Virus record (IMG/VR): IMGVR_UViG_2548876961_000016
Length of the DNA stretch: 9,442 bases
Strand: one strand, 5' to 3'
Source: a virus
Taxonomy: Duplodnaviria; Heunggongvirae; Uroviricota; Caudoviricetes
Part shown: in pieces, positions 6,245 to 9,442 of the stretch
Numbering within the stretch: position 1 is the first letter of the stretch
Layout of the letters: every line of letters begins with the position of its first letter
Program-made: the position numbers and the translations under genes
The notes under the pieces: generated by a model
Seen by the model: the letters and a program-made list of their open reading frames with translations, nothing else
Databases searched by the model: none
Told to the model about the DNA's origin: nothing

Positions 6245-6474
6245 TAATGCCCCCCCCCTTTTAATTCATGTACTGCTGCAATAATTACATGTGATAAACC
6301 TGCTTTACCGGAATTACTGATTACTGAATCAATCGCCGCTTGCATATTAACGGCCTTCACGTTCTGCGTGATGCCAACGGTATAGCCGCGCTTGTTAACA
6401 GCACGGGAAAAAACGCGGAAGGTTTTAAGCACGGCACACCCCCTGACGAATACGGGCGACAAATACAGCAACAC
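6244..6474 (-). CDS. Hypothetical small protein; start uncertain (GTG at 6474 or ATG at 6345 giving 33 aa)
   Basis: ORF ends ...HELKGGGH, with GGG GGG GGG encoded by a 9-nt G tract. Its stop overlaps the next gene start (TAATG). The ATG at 6345 has an AAGG 9 nt upstream. Weak support overall. Confidence 0.25.
   Translation of the reverse strand: MLLYLSPVFVRGCAVLKTFRVFSRAVNKRGYTVGITQNVKAVNMQAAIDSVISNSGKAGLSHVIIAAVHELKGGGH
6250..6258. repeat. Homopolymeric tract C9 (G9 on the coding strand) at the junction of two small leftward ORFs
   Basis: Encodes GGG at the end of ORF 6244..6474, immediately before the overlapping stop/start TAATG. Confidence 0.8.
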
Positions 6475-6628
6475 AACCTGACGGGCAACGGCTACGCGCT
6501 TCGCGTTCCGTCCAGGCGGTTACGTGGATGATTTGAGATTCTCCGGCACTCAGGGCCAGAAAACGCCAGATGTATTTATTCAGGTTGTGCGAGTCCCGCC
6601 CTTGCGGGTGTGTGGTATGATTTAACAT
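6425..6628 (-). CDS. Hypothetical small protein (67 aa), possible first gene of the leftward operon
   Basis: Internal ATG within the long 6425..7123 ORF (MLNHTTHPQGRDSHNLNKYIWRFLALSAGESQIIHVTAWTEREARSRCPSGCVAVFVARIRQGVCRA), preceded by GAGGT 4-5 nt upstream. The longer upstream extension crosses the divergent promoter region and is antisense to the plus-strand gene, so it is unlikely to be coding. Confidence 0.3.
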   Translation of the reverse strand: MLNHTTHPQGRDSHNLNKYIWRFLALSAGESQIIHVTAWTEREARSRCPSGCVAVFVARIRQGVCRA

Positions 6629-6705
6629 AGCTACCTCGATACTGTTGCTATCGTTGGTTGTTAGACGCCCTGCATGTGTGCCACCACTGCGGGGCGTTGT
6701 TATTT

Positions 6706-6797
6706 GGTGCATCGCACCATCTGTTTTTAACCTATCAGCAAGTGAATCGCACTTCAAGCCTTTTCTCTGAATTTTTTTTGTGTATACTGAATCGCAC
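6706..6797. promoter_or_regulatory. Divergent control region with three copies of a (T/G)GAATCGCAC-type motif and a -10-like TATACT
   Basis: GGTGCatcGCACC (about 6706-6718), GTGAATCGCAC (about 6742-6752) and TGAATCGCAC (about 6788-6797). TATACT at 6783-6788 lies about 30 nt upstream of the 6819 ATG. The region sits between the leftward operon and the plus-strand small gene. Confidence 0.4.
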
Positions 6798-6818
6798 CAA
6801 CTTAGAGAGGATTCAGTA

Positions 6819-6998
6819 ATGGCAACAGGTTCAACAAATAATAAGTCGCAACAGTTAAATGCCAGATTCCCGCATGATGTTGTTGCAGACTTAGAAAAAA
6901 ATTTAGATGAAGGTGAAAGCAAAGCGCAATTTATAGTTACTGCCGTTAAAGGCGAAATCAAACGCCGCCAGCGCCGCAAGGCCAAAGAGCAGGAATAG
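6819..6998 (+). CDS. Small putative DNA-binding protein (ribbon-helix-helix-like), candidate regulator
   Basis: 59-aa ORF from the internal ATG at 6819 (MATGSTNNKSQQLNARFPHDVVADLEKNLDEGESKAQFIVTAVKGEIKRRQRRKAKEQE), preceded by GAGAGG 8 nt upstream. The GTG at 6780 in the ORF track has no RBS. The strand/helix/helix pattern and basic tail are RHH-like by eye only. Only plus-strand gene in the window. Confidence 0.5.
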   Translation: MATGSTNNKSQQLNARFPHDVVADLEKNLDEGESKAQFIVTAVKGEIKRRQRRKAKEQE

Positions 6999-7086
6999 TC
7001 CACCAGCAAGCCAGCACACTGAGCACATTGCCCACCAGACAGCAAATCGCTATGATGTTCGGGCTTATGTTTAGTGTTTTCCCATT

Positions 7087-7115
7087 GGCGACCGCCACAG
7101 GTCGCCTTTGTTTTA
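7087..7115 (+). terminator. Rho-independent terminator for the small plus-strand gene
   Basis: GGCGACC, loop gccaca, GGTCGCC, followed by TTTGTTTTA. It lies about 90 nt after the stop at 6998 and just before the alpA stop (convergent arrangement). Confidence 0.55.
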
Positions 7116-7132
7116 TGTGTCATATGTTCCCC

Positions 7133-7357
7133 CTACGCTGCCTTACCTGAATTAATACGATCCCGGCTTTTAACCCATTCCATAACCTCGGAAAGCAGCC
7201 AACCTACTGAACGACCACCCAGATTACGGCGTGACGGGAAATTCCCTTTTTTCTCCAGTTCGTAGCGTGTAGTGCGGCACACTCCTGTTAACTTACGGCA
7301 TTCATCCTCACGGATTACGCGATCTGATAGTGATTGAAATTGTGTATTTTGATTCAT
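7133..7357 (-). CDS. alpA: AlpA-family (Phage_AlpA / Vis-like) HTH transcriptional regulator
   Basis: 74-aa ORF. Core RVIREDECRKLTGVCRTTRYELEKKGNFPSRRNLGGRSVGWLLSEVMEWV matches the AlpA-family pattern (l..ev...tGlsrst.y.l...g.FP.p..lg.r.vgW...ev..W). Its position downstream of the integrase matches CP4-57-like elements. Confidence 0.85.
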   Translation of the reverse strand: MNQNTQFQSLSDRVIREDECRKLTGVCRTTRYELEKKGNFPSRRNLGGRSVGWLLSEVMEWVKSRDRINSGKAA

Positions 7358-7392
7358 AAAAAAACGTCCTCGAACGTTGCCGAACGAGGACG
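7358..7392 (-). terminator. Terminator-like or attenuator hairpin directly abutting the alpA start codon
   Basis: Minus-strand RNA reads CGUCCUCG, a 12-nt loop, CGAGGACG, then U7, then AUG of alpA. The 8-bp GC-rich stem plus U7 looks like an intrinsic terminator for readthrough from int and the 257-aa gene, but the only Shine-Dalgarno-like sequence for alpA (GAGGA) lies inside the 3' stem arm. Confidence 0.45.
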
Positions 7393-7419
7393 ATTCTAGG
7401 CGGTAGTAAAACGCCGTTT

Positions 7420-7453
7420 GTGTGATATCACACTACCAGCACGTGATATCACT
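7420..7453. promoter_or_regulatory. Pair of palindromic operator-like sites (GTGTGATATCACAC and GTGATATCAC) about 21 bp centre to centre, upstream of alpA
   Basis: Perfect 14-bp palindrome at about 7420-7433 and perfect 10-bp palindrome at about 7443-7452, sharing the core GTGATATCAC. Two-helical-turn spacing is typical of cooperative dimer binding. The second site overlaps the stop codon of the 257-aa gene. Confidence 0.5.
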
Positions 7454-8222
7454 TTTTACGTTTTTGTTGAGATTCACGCCCCAAATACTTTTGCCATGTC
7501 TGCCAATGTGTTTTTGGAAATTCTATCCCTCTGGATGCAGCTATAGAATCAATTAAATCTGCTATTTTAGGTAATGATTCCGTGTCCAGGTCTACATCAC
7601 CCATTTCTGGAATAAGTTTAATTAAAGAGTAAATAACCTCATTCCTTTTTGACGATGCTTTTGGGCTATCTTCTGTTATCTTCGGGAAGTCTCCCGTATT
7701 TTTTATATTATCTAAATCACTAGCCATCACACACAAATAGTTAACATCAAATTCATAACCACCCTTACAAAAAACATACATGAGATTATCATCACCATAC
7801 TTATTCGTAAGATGAGAACATTTTATATATTGTCTCATGCTAAATTCGACATCAGCAAAAACATATGCCGGAGTATAATAAAACCCTGATAAGCTGCTAA
7901 CATAATAACATTTGATAGAATTCCCTACAGGACCAATAATGGCACTATCTAAAAATTCAGTGTCACCAGTTAAACCAACTGTAAAATTACTTCCAAAAAC
8001 AGCAGATTCATCATTGAAAGGATATTTTATTAATTCTTCCTCATTACAACCATTGATAAAATGACATAATGAAAAATTGAATTTTTTAGCATCAATTTTT
8101 GGTATATATACAGAAATATTAAGAGCACCTATATATGCGTAATGATAAAGATCTTTTATTGCACAGCCTAACTTTTCTGCCGCTTCAGGTAACGGATAAT
8201 AGAGTCTTTTAGGTAATTTCAT
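7449..8222 (-). CDS. Hypothetical protein, AT-rich cargo gene in the int-alpA slot; N-terminal HTH-like segment, remainder unrecognised
   Basis: 257-aa ORF whose start overlaps the integrase stop by ATGA. Residues 5-35 (LYYPLPEAAEKLGCAIKDLYHYAYIGAL) resemble an excisionase/MerR-like helix-turn-helix; the rest is Tyr/Phe/Asn-rich with no motif I recognise. G+C looks much lower (roughly one third, by eye) than flanking genes (about half). Followed by a hairpin plus U-tract (7358-7392). Confidence 0.65.
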   Translation of the reverse strand: MKLPKRLYYPLPEAAEKLGCAIKDLYHYAYIGALNISVYIPKIDAKKFNFSLCHFINGCNEEELIKYPFNDESAVFGSNFTVGLTGDTEFLDSAIIGPVGNSIKCYYVSSLSGFYYTPAYVFADVEFSMRQYIKCSHLTNKYGDDNLMYVFCKGGYEFDVNYLCVMASDLDNIKNTGDFPKITEDSPKASSKRNEVIYSLIKLIPEMGDVDLDTESLPKIADLIDSIAASRGIEFPKTHWQTWQKYLGRESQQKRKK

Positions 8223-9442
8223 TTGGCCACCTTCAGCATAACAATATTTTCATGATTTCCAGCCAGCACATCGAGGCGCTCAACCCATAGATTAAGAGCG
8301 TCACGTTTTGCATCAAGATAACGGGAGTGATTATAGACTCGTTGCATTCCTGGCAACTGGTGCGCGGTAAGCTGCTCCACAACATGCGGTTCCACGCCTA
8401 AATCGTTCAGCATCGTTGTAAACGTGTGCCGGATGTCGTGCAACGTCCAGGGGGCTTGATTAATGCGTCTGTGTGCCGTTCTTCCGTACTCTGATACGGA
8501 TGATTGCCCTTTCAGTTCTCCGAGCAATAAGCCCGTGTGCCTGTTCTGCTCCACCAGCTTCATGACAAACGGCAAGATCGCTTCCGGTATTGGCCTGAAT
8601 ATTGCTACCTTCGTTTTGCTGTGTTCTTTCGGCACGGTCCAGAGCATTTCTTTAAAATCCCATTCCTGGACCTCAGAGCGTCTTAGCTCAGTGGTACGAC
8701 ATCCGAAGACAATCAGGAGGCGAATCAGGGCGCTGTAGTACGGTGGGTAAATTTTTTCATCAAGGGCGCGTAGTAATTCCCCAAGCTCCTTGTTTGTTAG
8801 TACGCGCTCGCTTATTTCTGCTTTTTTCCCAACATCACCGACAACCATATCATCAAGAACGTTGCTGATTGCGTATCGTCGTTTTCGGCAGTACTTAAGC
8901 GCCTGTTTGCATACCTGTAGCAAAAATCCGGCTGATACCGGATTACGCTTAGCAAGCTGGTCAAAACAGGCCAGCCAGTGGCGTAGCTCGCATTTTTCCA
9001 GTGGCATAGCTCCAATCTGGCTAATTATGTGTTTATTGATCCGGCTTTTCAGTGATTCGTAGTCAGTGCGCTTTTCCTTTGCGTACGATTCAAGCCAGTA
9101 AGTGAGCGCTTCCTTAACCGTCACGGGGGCTAACGCGTCCTGTACAGCATGATTAAGTTCATAGCGCGGATTTTTCCCCTCAGCCAGCCATGCGCGACAT
9201 TGCGACGCTTTTTCCCTGGCTGCTTTCAGGCTCAAATCTGGATAATTTCCCAGCCTCAGACGTTCAGGTGATATCTGCCTACCAGTTCCGGACCTGTAAG
9301 TGAAATACCAGGTTAACAGGCCATTGGTTGAATGCCTTACGCTAAGGTTGCCACCATCATTAAAAAAGGTGCTTTTTGTGGTTGGTGATCCGCTTAATTT
9401 TCGTAAAAGAGTGTCGCTAAGTCTATGAATTGCCCTGCTCAT
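8219..9442 (-). CDS. int: Tyrosine site-specific integrase (P4/CP4-57-type phage integrase family)
   Basis: 407-aa ORF. C-terminal catalytic region has the His-x-x-Arg box (LHDIRHTFTTML) and a tyrosine-containing tail (RVYNHSRYLDAKRDALNLW); an upstream Arg box is present (FGCRTTELRRSEV). The ATG is on the last bases of the window, so promoter, att site and any longer N-terminus are not visible. The stop overlaps the next gene start (ATGA). Confidence 0.9.
   Translation of the reverse strand: MSRAIHRLSDTLLRKLSGSPTTKSTFFNDGGNLSVRHSTNGLLTWYFTYRSGTGRQISPERLRLGNYPDLSLKAAREKASQCRAWLAEGKNPRYELNHAVQDALAPVTVKEALTYWLESYAKEKRTDYESLKSRINKHIISQIGAMPLEKCELRHWLACFDQLAKRNPVSAGFLLQVCKQALKYCRKRRYAISNVLDDMVVGDVGKKAEISERVLTNKELGELLRALDEKIYPPYYSALIRLLIVFGCRTTELRRSEVQEWDFKEMLWTVPKEHSKTKVAIFRPIPEAILPFVMKLVEQNRHTGLLLGELKGQSSVSEYGRTAHRRINQAPWTLHDIRHTFTTMLNDLGVEPHVVEQLTAHQLPGMQRVYNHSRYLDAKRDALNLWVERLDVLAGNHENIVMLKVAK

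Noticed and set aside
6340-6531. Plus-strand ORF 6340..6531 (63 aa)
   Set aside because: Antisense within the leftward operon; no RBS or promoter context. This interval remains poorly resolved.
6629-7123. Upstream two-thirds of the 232-aa minus-strand ORF 6425..7123
   Set aside because: It runs antisense through the plus-strand small gene, its RBS and the divergent promoter and terminator; the translation is Cys/Ser/Thr-rich and low-complexity. Only the 3' part (6425..6628) has an ATG with an RBS and was kept as a low-confidence CDS.
8463-9062. ORFs 8463..8738 (+), 8790..9062 (+) and 8812..9015 (-) inside the integrase gene
   Set aside because: Internal shadow frames of a gene with clear catalytic motifs.
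9380-9442. tRNA or tmRNA integration target and att core next to the integrase
   Set aside because: Nothing tRNA-like is visible inside the window; the integrase start is on the last base, so any such gene would lie beyond it.

Overview
The window reads as most of an integrative phage-satellite-like island with P4 / CP4-57 / PICI-type architecture, almost entirely coded on the minus strand. From right to left: a tyrosine integrase (start codon on the last base of the window), an AT-rich orphan gene overlapping it by ATGA, an AlpA-family regulator behind a structured leader, a small convergent plus-strand regulator-like gene with a divergent control region, a leftward operon of small ORFs ending in a P4-family primase/helicase with Walker A motif, an iteron array (GGTAGAGG/CCTCTACC) that is the likely origin, a small gene with a clean intrinsic terminator, then a packaging-like operon (two small ORFs, a TerS-like HTH protein, a 53-aa ORF, and a 307-aa protein resembling an HK97-fold major capsid protein), and finally about 1 kb of repeat-dense non-coding DNA (1-978). 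No rRNA, tRNA or CRISPR array was found. The strongest candidates for something undescribed are the low-GC 257-aa gene in the int-alpA slot, the alpA leader (paired palindromes plus a hairpin that buries the alpA Shine-Dalgarno), two long G/C homopolymer tracts sitting exactly on ORF junctions, and the satellite-encoded TerS-like plus capsid-like pair next to the repeat-dense terminus. All homology calls are from reading motifs by eye; no database search was run. Coordinates of small motifs are hand-counted and may be off by 1-2 bp; GC statements are visual estimates.
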